Shown here: positions 26,823 through 39,187 of the stretch, one piece after another
How positions within the stretch are numbered: the first letter of the stretch is position 1
Layout of the letters: each line of letters starts with the position of its first letter
Assembly (NCBI RefSeq): GCF_009914755.1
Contig: NC_060927.1
Reading direction: 5' to 3' (one strand)
DNA length: 64,000 nucleotides
From: the human T2T-CHM13v2.0 reference genome, Homo sapiens
Program-made: the position numbers and the translations under genes
The notes under the pieces: generated by a model
Database searches by the model: none
Told to the model about the DNA's origin: nothing
The model's input: only the letters and a program-made list of their open reading frames with translations

Positions 26823-27319
26823 TTTTCCCCTGACAGAACAACAATAACAAATCTTTGGCCTTTGGGTGGAGGTCTCATCTTTCAACTACTTCCTGCTGGC
26901 CTGGGTTGTAGAGCTCACCCTAACTGTGGTTGTCCGTTTGTAAGCAAATTTCTGAATGTTATCATATGTAATATGGCAATATGCATCTTGAAATATTCCA
27001 ACAAATTGACACATTAAAATTTTTATTAAAAGTTTGTTAGTTTTAATATGTTTATGTTATATAGATATAGATATAGATATAGTGTGTGTGTGTGTGTGTA
27101 TGTGTGTGTATTTCTGAGTGTGTGTTTTCTATGTTGTGCCCTGTGGGCTGTGGGTCTTATATTATGGGACATAAAATGTTGGGCATGGCTGGAGAATGGA
27201 ACTTCGGGAGAGAGAGCATGTCCCTACAGAACTGATGTCCAGCCGAGTCTAAACAAGATTCGTGGGGGTCTCTGGGGACAATTAGCTGACACCCTTGCAT
27301 CCTTAGAAGCTTAGTGTGG

Positions 27320-29900
27320 AATTGCTGCTTGTTCCTGATAGAGATTTTATCATTATTCCTCTGATGGGCTTTGCAATGAATGATAACTACCTGTGTAGGA
27401 AGCATCATTGCCTCCAACAAGATCATAATTTCAGGATCATTTTTAATTGGAGAATTTGGGGTGGTTAAAAGTCCTCTTTCCCACCAAATGGCTGCATCGG
27501 CATGAACTACACGAAAGGCATAGGCTAAGTCTTTGATAATGTTAAGCCTCGTGCCTGCTTCCAATTAATTGTAAGGTCAGAGCAGAGTTCTCTTTCTGGA
27601 CTGAGGTGATGTTGCCTGGTAGAGGTTATGATTCTGTTTCTTTAGTGAGGCTAATGATAGCATACTCTGAAAATCGGGTCACCTCTAGCATGAAGCTGCT
27701 GCCATATGTGTACCATGTGGACTCTGGATTTGTGAGGAGAGTATTCCAGAGATTTAGAGTATGCTACAGGATAAATCTATGGTTTCTCGGCATAAATATT
27801 CAAGTGATCCTTCTGCATTTTGTTCTGGTAACAGGGTGGCAGGATTGAGGGTATGGTATGGTTTGATACTTTATTCTGATGCCTGTAGAAGGAGTGTTTG
27901 ATATTTGCTAATTTGGGTATTTGAGATCCAGTGGAAAACCTTTGAGTTTTGGATATTCATTACCTCATATAGGCTGTATTACATGGCCAGAGTTAGCTGG
28001 GAGGCCTCCTCAGCCAAGAGGGCCATGGATTCTAGGCCCTAGAGGCATCAGGGCCATCCCTGTGCTACCAGTTCAGGGGCTTTTGATAAGTAAGTGATAG
28101 GTCCTTGGGATGGTTTTAATGGTTGGGCTAGGACTCTAATGATAATACCCCTTCTTTCATGTACAAATAGATAAAAAGGCTTTCTAAGATCTGGCAAGGC
28201 CAGAGCTGAGGCAGCAGTGAGGACTCATTTAAGGGTTTCTAGGGCATTGTCCATTTCAGAGTTTCAGTAAAGAGGCTCCTCCTCTGGTCCTTGTAGCACC
28301 TCATAAAGAGGTTTTGCTATGACTCCAAATTGGGGCATCCAAGTGCAAGCGAAACTTGCCATTCTCAGGAAAGAGTGTAACTGCTGTTTAGTGGATGGAG
28401 TGCACATGTTCAGGATAAGATTTTTGCAGTGGTCAGAGAGACCTTTTAAACTGGTGGTGAGTGTGAGTCCCAAGTTGAAACTTCTGGGTGGGGATTTGAG
28501 TCTTAGGAGGAGAAACTTTGTAGCTTATTTCTGGAGAGTTTTAACAGTATTTAAATCTGAAACATTTTCAGTTGGGCTGAAAATAAACAATTCATCAACA
28601 TATTAAAGCAGTGCACTATTAAGAGAGAGTTGGAAGGTGGACAGGTGTATTAGTTCATTTTCACACTGCTGATAAAGATGTAACTGAGACTGGGCAATTT
28701 ACAAAAGAAAGAGGTTTAATGGGACTTATAGTTCCACATGGCTGGGGAACCCTCACAATCATAGTGGAAGTCAAGGAGGGGCAAGTCACATCTTACATGG
28801 ATGGCAGCAGACAAAAAGAGAGCTTGTGCAGGGGAACTACTCCTTATAAAGCCATCAGATCTCATGAGATTTATTCACTATCAGGAGAACAGCACAGGAA
28901 AAATCAGTCCCCATGATTCAAGCACTTCCCACTGGATCCCTCCCACAACACATGGGAATTCAAGATAAGATTTGGGTGGAGACACAGCCAAACCATATCA
29001 ACAGGTCTTTAGTGAGAGCCTGTCCAAACAGATGTGGGCTACTGCTAAATTCCTGAGGGAAGACTGTTCAGGTTAATTATGAGAAACATGGCTAGAGGGA
29101 TTTTTGCCATTCAAAGGCAACAAAGAATTGGGAGTTTGGAGGTACTAGAATGCAAAAAAGGCACCTTTAAATCTAATTCTCTAAACCATGAGATGCCAGA
29201 AGGAATCTGGCCTAAAAGGGCATAGGAATTGGGAATGATGGGGTGTATAGGGATTACTGCCTTGTTGATAGCCCTTATGTCTTAGACCATTCTGTAGGTG
29301 CTGGTTGACTTTCTGATTGCTAAGATTGGGGAGTTGCATTGTGATTTGCAAGGGCATCATAATCCCATGCTCAATTATTTTTTCATTAGGGGTTCTAGGC
29401 CCATTTGGGCTTCAGGCTGTAAGGGATATTGGGGTTGCGAAAATGTTCAGGTTCTCAAGATGGATTTTTACAGGGTATGCAAACAAAGAACGTCCTGCAA
29501 TGGAGGTATCCCATACTTCTAGAGGAACTTGTTGTAAAATGTAGGATTTTAGGAGATTGGAGCTTTTGGTGGCAGGAGCTAGTAATGCTAATATTGGGCA
29601 GGCATGCTTAGGGAATTGAAAGCTAGTTTAGAGTTTTGTCATTATATCTTTTCCAAGTAGGGAGATAGATAGCACAGCTTGATAAAACCAGGAAAGGGTA
29701 AGTAAAAACATTTTTTCTTCAGAGTGCACAGTAAAGGGGAAGTGAAGCGTTCCTGCTGTAGTTTGCTGTCTATGCCAGTGAGGATGATTGAGAACCAATA
29801 GGTAGTTCTGGAAAAACTAGGGCTCAATAAGTAGACTTTGTGTTGATTAAAGACTCAATCTTATTCCCTGCCACATTTAGAGTTACCTGAAGCTCAGCTA
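27320..29900 (-). pseudogene. ERV pro-pol remnant (protease, RT, RNase H)
   Basis: Minus-strand translations 'YRMV*DIRAINKAVIPIHPIIPNSYALL', 'FPQEFSSSPHLFGQALTKDL', 'LL*YVDEL' (YVDD box), 'KQQLHSFL...IAKPLYE', RNase H 'AYAFRVVHA..AIW.ERGLLT...IIHCKAHQ'. Confidence 0.9.
28646..29000 (-). mobile_element. THE1A-type solo LTR inserted in the ERV RT region
   Basis: 'tgtattagttcattttcacactgctgataaag' through 'gggaattcaagataagatttgggtggagacacagccaaaccatatca'; perfect TSD ACAGG at 28641-28645 and 29001-29005. Confidence 0.93.
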
Positions 29901-29949
29901 TGGAGATGGTAAATAGAGAAGCCTGGGTGGCTTCTGAGCCTCATCTGTG

Positions 29950-31570
29950 AGCAGAGTTAGGGGCATTTGCTGTTGTCATCCTCCCAAATTGGCCCGTAAT
30001 GGGAGTTGTTGGTTGTGGGATGGCCTTCCCACATGAGGAAGAGGTCCCGTTTCCAATGCCCCACTTGTTTGCAGTGTGCACAGGGGCCACCTGGTGGCCT
30101 ATGAGGAGCAGAAGATGTTTCAGGAGGGTTTGGGAAGTTCCGGCTAATATTCCCTGGTTGATTATAGCAATAGCAGATAGAGGGCTCCTTAGTGGCCATC
30201 AGGCTCCAACCTGATGGCTGACCTGGGGTCCTTGGTATGAACAGAGAATTTGCAATGGCAGCAGCCATGTAGTGAGTCTGCAACTCATCTCTTTCTCAAT
30301 CCTTCCCATCTCGTTTGGCCTGCAATATTTCTTCCAGATTATTAGAGACCTGAGGGCTGTGTCCAGCAAAGTGGGGAAAGGACTTTTTGTTTCGTGGTCT
30401 AGTTTCTGGAGTTTGGGCCTAATACCTGGAGAGGCTTGGCTGAGAAAATGAACAGCCAGAATAGCGAGGGCTTCTTAGGGTTCGTATTAGTATATTTTCT
30501 CATGGCTTTGGCCAGCCTGGAGTGAAATAGAGTTGAGTTTTTATTTGACCCCTGTGTTACCTCTCTTAGTTTGGGGTAGTTGCCTGGTTTATGACAGCCT
30601 TTTCCATGCCTTTAATTATAGAAGTAATCATATAATTACAACATTACCTGCCAGCATTTTCCTCATGGTAGCCCCATATAGGATTAACATCAGGGACTGT
30701 CATTCTCCCTGGGCCAGACTCCTGATGGTTCTGGTTATGAACCTCATCTGCCCATTGTTGAGCTAGACACGGAATTAAGGTCTTCTCTCATGTATACAAT
30801 AGGTGGTAAGGTTAATATAAAGGTCCTGCCATTTGAGATTAAAGAAAATGTAAGTCCTTTGAATTCCTTTGTGAATTCAAAGGGTCCTGGTTACAGGAGC
30901 TAAACTTAGCTTTCTTTCTGAAAGAGGACTCTGATGGTGCCTAGATTCCCATTTGCCCCTTCTCAGTGTAGCAGAATCTTTTCTGGGCCCAAAATGTAAT
31001 TATAACTGACCCTGGCCTAATATGTGAAGTGGAGAAGGGTCCCTTAAGGCAGAGGCACTGGAAAACGACATACAAGTTTGGGATGACGAAGAGAAGGTGA
31101 GGGAGAAGGAGCAGGTAGAGTAGGTATACTTGAATGTGAAGGTAAATTTTCAGGGGAAGAAGATGCAAGGGTGTTCTCAACTGGTCTATCTGGATGGGCA
31201 GAGTGGAAAAGGGCAAAGGAAGGGTCATCTAGAATGTAAGAGAAGTCAGTGGGTTAGAAAATTTAGCCAAGCACATTCAACAGATTTGGCAGAGATCAGG
31301 ATCCCGAGAGAAAGTCATGAAAGCCTGGACATGAGGAATTTCAGGCCATTTAGAAATTTTGTGACAGAGCACATCAAGTTGCAAAAGAGTATTAGAATCC
31401 AAAGTCTTTTTCAGAGACCAGGCTAGTTGATCTGGGAGGCCAAACTACATTATACAGAAAATTAGGCACTTTCTTTTGAGAGTCTGGGAGCCAAATTTGT
31501 CCCAATGTTTTAGGTTGCAACCCAGAGGTGAGTCTGAAGAAATAGATGGAATTTGCTCTATGCTGGGACT
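29950..31570 (-). pseudogene. ERV gag remnant
   Basis: Matrix-like 'SDSPLGCNLKHWDKFGSQTLKRKCLIF'; two degenerate zinc knuckles 'CYCYNQPGNISRNF' and 'CAHCKQVGHWKRD' in ORF 29957-30283. Confidence 0.8.
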
Positions 31571-32416
31571 GAAAAACTTTCTGCTGCTTGGAGCTAATGT
31601 CCACTGGGGACACAAACTGCATTTTCACTTGGGCATCCTGCCATGGAAAAGGGTTCCACTTGTATCTGCTCAGGGACTCTGAGACACATTTTCCAAAGGG
31701 GAGTCCCAACTATTGTAAGAACTGGCACTGGGGCCAACGGCCTACAGCACTGGTGCCAATGACACTGGGGCATTTTGCTGGATGGCCAGTCCAGTATGAA
31801 GAACGAGGGAGAAGGGTGAATTCAGCCTGAAACCAGCTAAGGAGAGGGAATGACAACGGGAGATTCATCACTTTAAAGCCGCTTGAGATCACATGATTTG
31901 AGAACCTCTGAAGCAGGAGAGGAAGTTGTCTTCACGGGAGAATTAGAGCAAGTGAAACAGAGGGTCTAAGTCTCCTAAAATGTTTGTGGAACCACACAAA
32001 GGAATTGGGGACCTCTGACCAGAGAGGGTAAGAGAGATTTCCTCCATTATGGGCAAGGCAGCCAGCCCTGTTTACCCCTTGGCCTTCAGGAAACACCAGG
32101 GGGTGGACCTGGCCATGTATCATCAACTACCAGAGGGCTACTATAAGCTGGCTGCTGGAAGGCTGAAAAAAAAAAAAAGAAAAAGAAAAAAAGAAAAATG
32201 AACCTAGGTCCCTCACCTGAGCAGGTGGTGGTAGTCACACATTTCTGCATGGAAACCCTTCAGTTTCACCAGAGTGTAGCCCTGGACAGACACCTTCAGT
32301 TGTCTCTGTACTTAGACACTGACCTCCAAGGGTCTTGAGTAGAAGGGGAGAAAGGGAGAGGAGAGTCCGCATATGGAGAGATTTCCCACAGGGAGAGAAG
32401 TTCTGTAGGGGAAAGG

Positions 32417-32434
32417 TCCCTGTAGGTGCTACCA
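32417..32434 (-). promoter_or_regulatory. Primer-binding site, closest to tRNA-Ile(AAU)
   Basis: TGGTAGCACCTACAGGGA versus the tRNA-Ile complement TGGTGGCCCGTACGGGGA (14/18), 3 nt from the LTR end. Confidence 0.55.
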
Positions 32435-32437
32435 AAA

Positions 32438-33086
32438 TGTTGTTGTCAAAAACTGTCTGAAGCTGGCATGTGGGTTAATTAAGTGATTTACCAAGACAGT
32501 AATGAGTTTAGAAAGTGAAATTTATTTGGAGTAAGGTGCAGAGATATGTTGCAAGGGAGCAACAGGCAAGAGAGCAGAGGGAAGCTTGTCTGCTGTCTGC
32601 AAAGAGGATATTTTCCTATCTTCTTATCTATAAGCCCTGTTCAAATCTTTTTCCAAATTTTCTATTAAATTGTCTTATAGATTTTAGTTTTGAAGTAATG
32701 TTGAATATAAGATCTTTATCACACGTGTGTGTGTATATATGTATATATGAAATCAGTTTAAAGTATTTTCTTCTATTGTATGGTACATTTTTCACATTCT
32801 GAATAATCTTTTAGATGATAATTAATAATTTAAATATAATACATATTATCAAATTTTTGATTTGATAATGCAGGAGCGGTTTATAAGGTCATGCTGTTTA
32901 GGCTGAATGCTTGCAGAGCGGATGCCTGGGTGCAGGTGGGCTGTGAGCTGAGCAATGGTTAACAGGATGCTTGGGTGCTGGTGGGCCTTTTGTGGTTGAC
33001 TCCATTTGTTGGAATATTCTCCCTGTTTCTATTTTTGTCAGCTAAGCACATGCTTCAGTTTTCTTTTAACTCCTTAGGTCTCCACA
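32438..33086 (-). mobile_element. 5' LTR of the provirus, interrupted by a ~260-bp insertion
   Basis: Aligns to 26447-26822 on both sides of 32608-32870. Confidence 0.88.
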
Positions 33087-33896
33087 ATGAGTAAATATAG
33101 GCTGTAGCAGAGTTTATGGAGGTTAAGCAGTATGTGGTACCATAGCAAGAAGTTCAAAAATATCTAGTAGTCAACGTCTGACTTCCTGATTGAGTATATA
33201 TTCCTTTTGTATTTGTTCAGTATGATGGCCTTCTCATATTTTCTGTTTTTCTTTTACTAAAATGTAAGTCAGTCACTAAAATACACACACACAAACACAC
33301 ACACACATCTGTATGCATGTATCTACATACAAACATGTATTTGAAATCTAAATATACATTATCATGAGCAATGATAAAGTTTTACAATATAGCTTTACCC
33401 TTCATGAAATATTGAACAAAGGAAAATAAAAGGAGTTGATAACATCAACAGATAGATGTCCGTCTATTACATCTATGGCCTTCATGCTAAATGTTTATAT
33501 GATGGTAGGTTTTTATAAGCTCTATTTGCTTTACTTCTTGCCAGCAATCATAACTTTGAAAAACATTTCTGAATTTTTTCCCTTTTTGGTAATTTTTTTT
33601 TACAAATATAATAAAGATTTATTAGACAATCAAGTCATTATTCAAGACCATGGGGCATATGTTTAACATACTTGTCTTACTGAGCATGATATATAAGTAT
33701 GCTTGTATATATTTTTTGGATGTATGTATATCTGAAAGTACTAAACAAAGTAATTTTTTTTTCATTTCATCCTCTTAAAACGTTTTCTGCTGAAGCTGTT
33801 TTGAACACAGTTTGTTCAAGAATGGTTCTAAAGGAAAGTAGATGCTACCTTTAGAAGAAGAACCCATGCCATTTAATTACAAACACCCACAGGTTT

Positions 33897-33941
33897 TGTG
33901 TGTGTGTGTGTGTGTGTGTGTATTTGTGTGTATGTGTGTGT
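33897..33941 (+). repeat. (TG)n microsatellite
   Basis: Direct reading. Confidence 0.9.
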
Positions 33942-34991
33942 TATGTTCTGTGTATATTGGGTTGCAATATAAAATTTACTTCTATCTTTCAGTTGTAGTA
34001 AAAAAGTTTGAAAGTCATTGTGGTAATTTACATAGTCCTCTCTCCCTTCATCTTTCGGGGTAGAGAGCAATATACAATTATTTAAGCATTTTTTCAAAGG
34101 AGACTTGTGCTGGCTGAAGAAAAGATTTAAATTGTTGAATTAACAAATTCACACATATAGTGCCATGACTCAGGACAAAGTGACATTGTGGAATGGAGAA
34201 ATTGCAGTGGAATGCAGTGGAGGAAGAATGACCTTTTGAAAATGATGTTAGGTCAATTGAATATACAAAGAAGGAAAAAAAACTTCCTCACATTCTACAC
34301 AAAAAAACAATTTCAGATAGAATGTATATTAATCTAAAAAGTACAAAAGTAAGTCTATTAGAATAAAATGTAGGGGAATAATTGTCTTTCAGTTCAGTAA
34401 AGATATCTGAAAAGGAGTGCAAAAATTGCTACTATAAAGGAAAAATTTGATAATGTATAGTATATTTAAATTATAAATTAATCTATTATTAAGAATGTGA
34501 AAAATGTAACATAGAATGGAAAAAATATTTTAAATTTAATTCATATATACCTATACATACACACATATATGATAAAGGTGTTACATTCGACCTTGTTTCA
34601 AAACTAAAATCAGTAAGACAATCTAATAGAAAATTTGGAAAAAGATTTGAACAGGGCTTATAGACAAGAAGATATCAAAATATCCAAAAAAAGAGAAAAA
34701 AGTTCTAACTCATCAAGCAATAGTAAAATGCAAAACAAACTCAGAATGAGATGCTATATACAACACAACACCCACCAGGAGAGCTAAATGAAAAATGCTG
34801 ACAAGACCTAGTATCGGCAAGAATGTAAAGAAAACAGAGCTCTTACACATTGCTGGTGGGAGAGTAAATGTGTATACCTATTTTGGTACTGTCTTTGGAA
34901 AACTCTTTCAGAATATGTCTAAGAGCTCATGATAGGCATTCTCTATAAGCAACAATTCAGATTTAAGGTATAAAACCCATATAAACAGATA

Positions 34992-36223
34992 GAGTCATGT
35001 AGTCATGTTCCGCATAACCACATTTCAGTCAGTGATGGATCCCATATTCTACAATGGTTCAGTAAGGATATAATGGAGCTACAAATTTTCCATTGACTAG
35101 TGACATGGTAACATTTTATCACAAGGCATTCCTCACATGTTTGTGGTGATGCTGGTGTAAACAAATCTACTGCTTTGCCAGTCATACAAAATGATAGAAA
35201 ATATAACATGTACAGTACAGAACACTTAATACATAATATAATATGTATAGTACAGAACACACAATAATTAATGGTAGTCAATAAACAACAATGTTACTTG
35301 TTTATGTATTTACTATCCTACATTTTTATTGTTATTTTAGATGATACTCCTCTGCTTATTGAAAAAAAAAAAGTTAGCTGTAAAACAGCCTCAGGCAAGT
35401 CCTTCAGGAGATATTCCAGAGGAAGCTATTGTTATCATAGGAGATGACAGCTTCATGTGTGTTATTGCCCCTGGAGATCTTTCAGTGGGATAAGATGTGG
35501 AGGTGGAAGACAGTGATATTGATTATCCTGACCCTGTGTAGGCCAGGGCTAATGTGCGTGTTTCAGTCTTTGTTTTTAATAAAAAAGTTAAAACAATTAA
35601 CAAGTTAGAAATATAAAAAAGCTTGTAGAAGAAGGAAATATAGAAGGTAAATATTTTGTGCAGCTGCACAATATGTTTGTGTTTTAAGCTGTTAGCACAA
35701 AAGGATCAACAGTTAAAAAATTAAATTTATAAAGTAAAAAAAAAAAAGTGACCATAAGCTAAGGCTAACTTATTGTAGAAAATGTTTTTAATAACTTTAA
35801 AGTACACTAAGTTTGCAGTTTTATGAAGTCTAAAGTAGTGTACCATTATGTTCTGGAGCTTCATTTTACTCACGACTCATTCAGTGACTCACAGAGCAAC
35901 CTCTAGGCCTGCAAGCTCTATTCATGGTATGTGACCTAGAGACACATACCACTTTTTATCATTTATACCAAACTTTGTTGTGCTTTTTCTATGTTTAAAT
36001 ACACAAATATTTACCAAAGTGTTACAATTGCCTGCATATTTGGTATAGTAACATATTGTTCAGGTTTTAGTGTACTTCACAGGCTGGCTACATCATATAT
36101 CCCAGGTATGTAGTAAGGTTTGTGTAAGGTTTCTATGTACACACTGTGACATTTGCACAACAAGAAATTACCTAATGATGCATTTCTGAGAATGTGTCCC
36201 CATTGTTAAGCAATACATGACTA
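34992..36223 (+). mobile_element. Tigger3b (GOLEM-derived) DNA element
   Basis: TIRs 'agtcatgttccgcataacca' and 'cattgttaagcaatacatgacta'; internal 'aaacagcctcaggcaagtccttcaggagatattccag'; ~1.23 kb. Confidence 0.9.
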
Positions 36224-36404
36224 TATAAATATGTTTACCAAAAGAAATATACAAGAATTATTTACGGTTTCACAACTATAAGACCCAAACCTTGGAAGCA
36301 GCCCAGATATATATCCAGGATAGAATGGATTAAGGGATTTTGGTAGAGCTGTACTTTTGTATGACAACAGGAATTAATGGGCTACAACTATACATAACAA
36401 TTAA

Positions 36405-36785
<381 letters not shown>

Positions 36786-37209
36786 TAATTAAGCATAATT
36801 AATGGTGGTCAACATTGTACACTTGTTACCTCTGGAGGAGGTGAGTAGTGAAGGATGTTGACACGTTAAGGCCCTTATGGTGTTGATAACACTTTATTTC
36901 TCTTTCTAATTTTTCACACAAATGTACTCAGTTTGTTAAAATTTATCAGAATGGATATTCAGGATATGTGCATGCTTTTACTGTATATTTTTCAATAAAA
37001 CGTTTACTTAAAACGTTCTTATTTTGTTACATTTAATTGATTGTATTGTTTAACTAAAATTAATTTTCCCCAAACCAAGTGGTAGGGAATTTGTGGAGAA
37101 TAACACATCAGATATAGAAAATGTAGAAAGTATAGCGTCATGAGTAGTTTTTTTTTTATAACCATATATACAAATATTCATAGGTAGCCAAAACCTGAAG
37201 AACTAACTT

Positions 37210-37390
37210 TATTGTGAATTCCAGTTTGGTCAGTTACAAACCCTGTGACTGAATGTACACAAATTGTCAAAGTTCTATTTGTTCATCCTTAAAAAGGAGT
37301 ACTACCTACCATAGATTTATTTGGGATTTTATTGAAATAGTATATTACTAAAAGACAAGATGCATAGTAAGCCCTTCGTAAATGCTATTT
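37210..37390 (+). mobile_element. MIR
   Basis: 'gtactacctaccatagatttatttgggatttt...catagtaagcccttcgtaaatgctatt'. Confidence 0.55.
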
Positions 37391-38912
37391 ATCTTCCCTT
37401 TTGTTGTTTAAAATTATTTGAGGTTGCTTATATTCTATGAATGCTCCCTTCCTAAATTTTCATTTGGATCAAATTGGTTGAAAACACTATCAAATATTTT
37501 TCAAACCATTAAAACTCCCCATTACATACAAGGAAAAAGAAAAGTCCTCTCTAATTACGTTGGCTACTAAGACACTGTTAATCAGCAGTTTTGCCTAGCT
37601 ATCTCTGGCAGAGGAAGCAGTTGTGGTAACAACAACTGGGTCACCTTCTTAACAACTTTATTATACAGTAGTTCATGTATTTTCTTGTTGTCAGATTTAG
37701 AGCACTTTGTGAAAACAATAATTGTACTGGGACTACGGCTGGCAGGCTTCCTTACTGAAAAAGAAGTCGAATGAGGTTGCTGTACTTTTAACTGTTAAAA
37801 GGCAAATGAAGCACTCTGTGTAGTTTTATCAAGGAATTACACTGGCTCTAACATTGAAACTAATTAATATTGTTTTGAATAGAAAATAGTGAATCTGTGC
37901 AATGTCTTCCTGAGAACAAGTTAGTGAATTCCTCATAAAAATGCTGTTTTGGGTTACCAGCACCAGAGGGATGTTTTGAACACAAGTAAAGGAGCCATAA
38001 AATGAATTGTTTGGGTGTGTTTAGTTCATTGAAATTCATGTTTCAAATAAAACAAGGCAAATCTTCCAAATCTTTTATGTAAATGACATTAAAAGGGAAG
38101 ACAGACTTGATATTTCATCTCTAATTATTTTTTTCTTGCTGTAGTGAGTATACTGTAAATTGCTTATTATTGTTAAATAAACATTATGTGCACAAAGATG
38201 CAAGGTCTCTTCTTACACAAATTTAGCTGGGTGTGTTTTGTGATGAATAAATCCTTATTCACCACAACAATTATTTGTCACCTGGTCATGAATGATTTAT
38301 TGTTCTATTCTTTAGGGAAATCCATGTACTGCATAATTCAACATTTAATTTTAAATGCTTACTTTCTTAAGAGAATGAAAATGTGGTCAAATGTGCTAAA
38401 ATTATACATATTTGAAATCATATTCTTTTCTGAGAGGGTATTGGTATAGAGGAAATTTCTGTATTCTCTAAAAATATCAGGAGGGGAGAGAAGAAAGTGC
38501 AAATATGACAGATTTCACACAACAAAATTGACTAATTTCAGCAGTGGACCAGAAAATGTTATAAATTTTCTAAAAATTGGCATGTCATAATAATATCTAA
38601 TTTTCAAATGCAGCGCATAGTATTTAATATGTATGTATTGAAAATACACTAAAAGACTGAATTGTCAAGACATTATGTTTAAATAATCTGTCATTTTATA
38701 ATCTTCAGAGTGAAACTACATCAAAGGAATGCAATAAGAACATGCTATCTAAGAAGGTTTATTATAAATGCACATAAATGAAAAATACAATTTAAAATTT
38801 GACTCACAAATTTATAATTTTATTAACAACTAAGGCTTTCACAATACTAAAGTATTCAACAATTTAGTGTGTATATGGGAGGATTCACTTTTATACTATT
38901 GCAATCTTTTGC

Positions 38913-39187
38913 TTTTTTTTTTCCACAGTGTCTCACTCTGTCACCCAGGTTGCAGTGCAGTGGCACAATCTCAGCTCACTGCAGCCTTCGCCTCCTCAAT
39001 TGAAGTGATTGTTATGCCTTAGCCTCCGGAGTGGCTGGAATTACAGGCGTGTGCCACCACATCCAGCTAAATTTTTGTATTTTTAGTAGAGGCAGGGTTT
39101 CACTGTGTTGGCCAGGCTGGTATGGAACTCTTGGTCTCAAATGATCCACCTGCTTTGGCCTCCCAAAGTGCTAGGATTACAGGAGTG
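38913..39187 (-). mobile_element. Old Alu (Sz/Jb-like), missing ~15 nt at its 5' end
   Basis: Alu body stops at 'ggattacaggagtg'; no GGCC start and no TSD seen. Confidence 0.9.

Larger units (their letters stand above)
26447..33086 (-). mobile_element. Degenerate class I (gamma-like/ERV1) provirus with both LTRs; integrase and env largely deleted
   Basis: Homologous LTRs at 26447-26822 and 32438-33086; TSD aagag/atgag; PBS and PPT next to the LTRs; gag, protease, RT and RNase H remnants. Confidence 0.92.
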
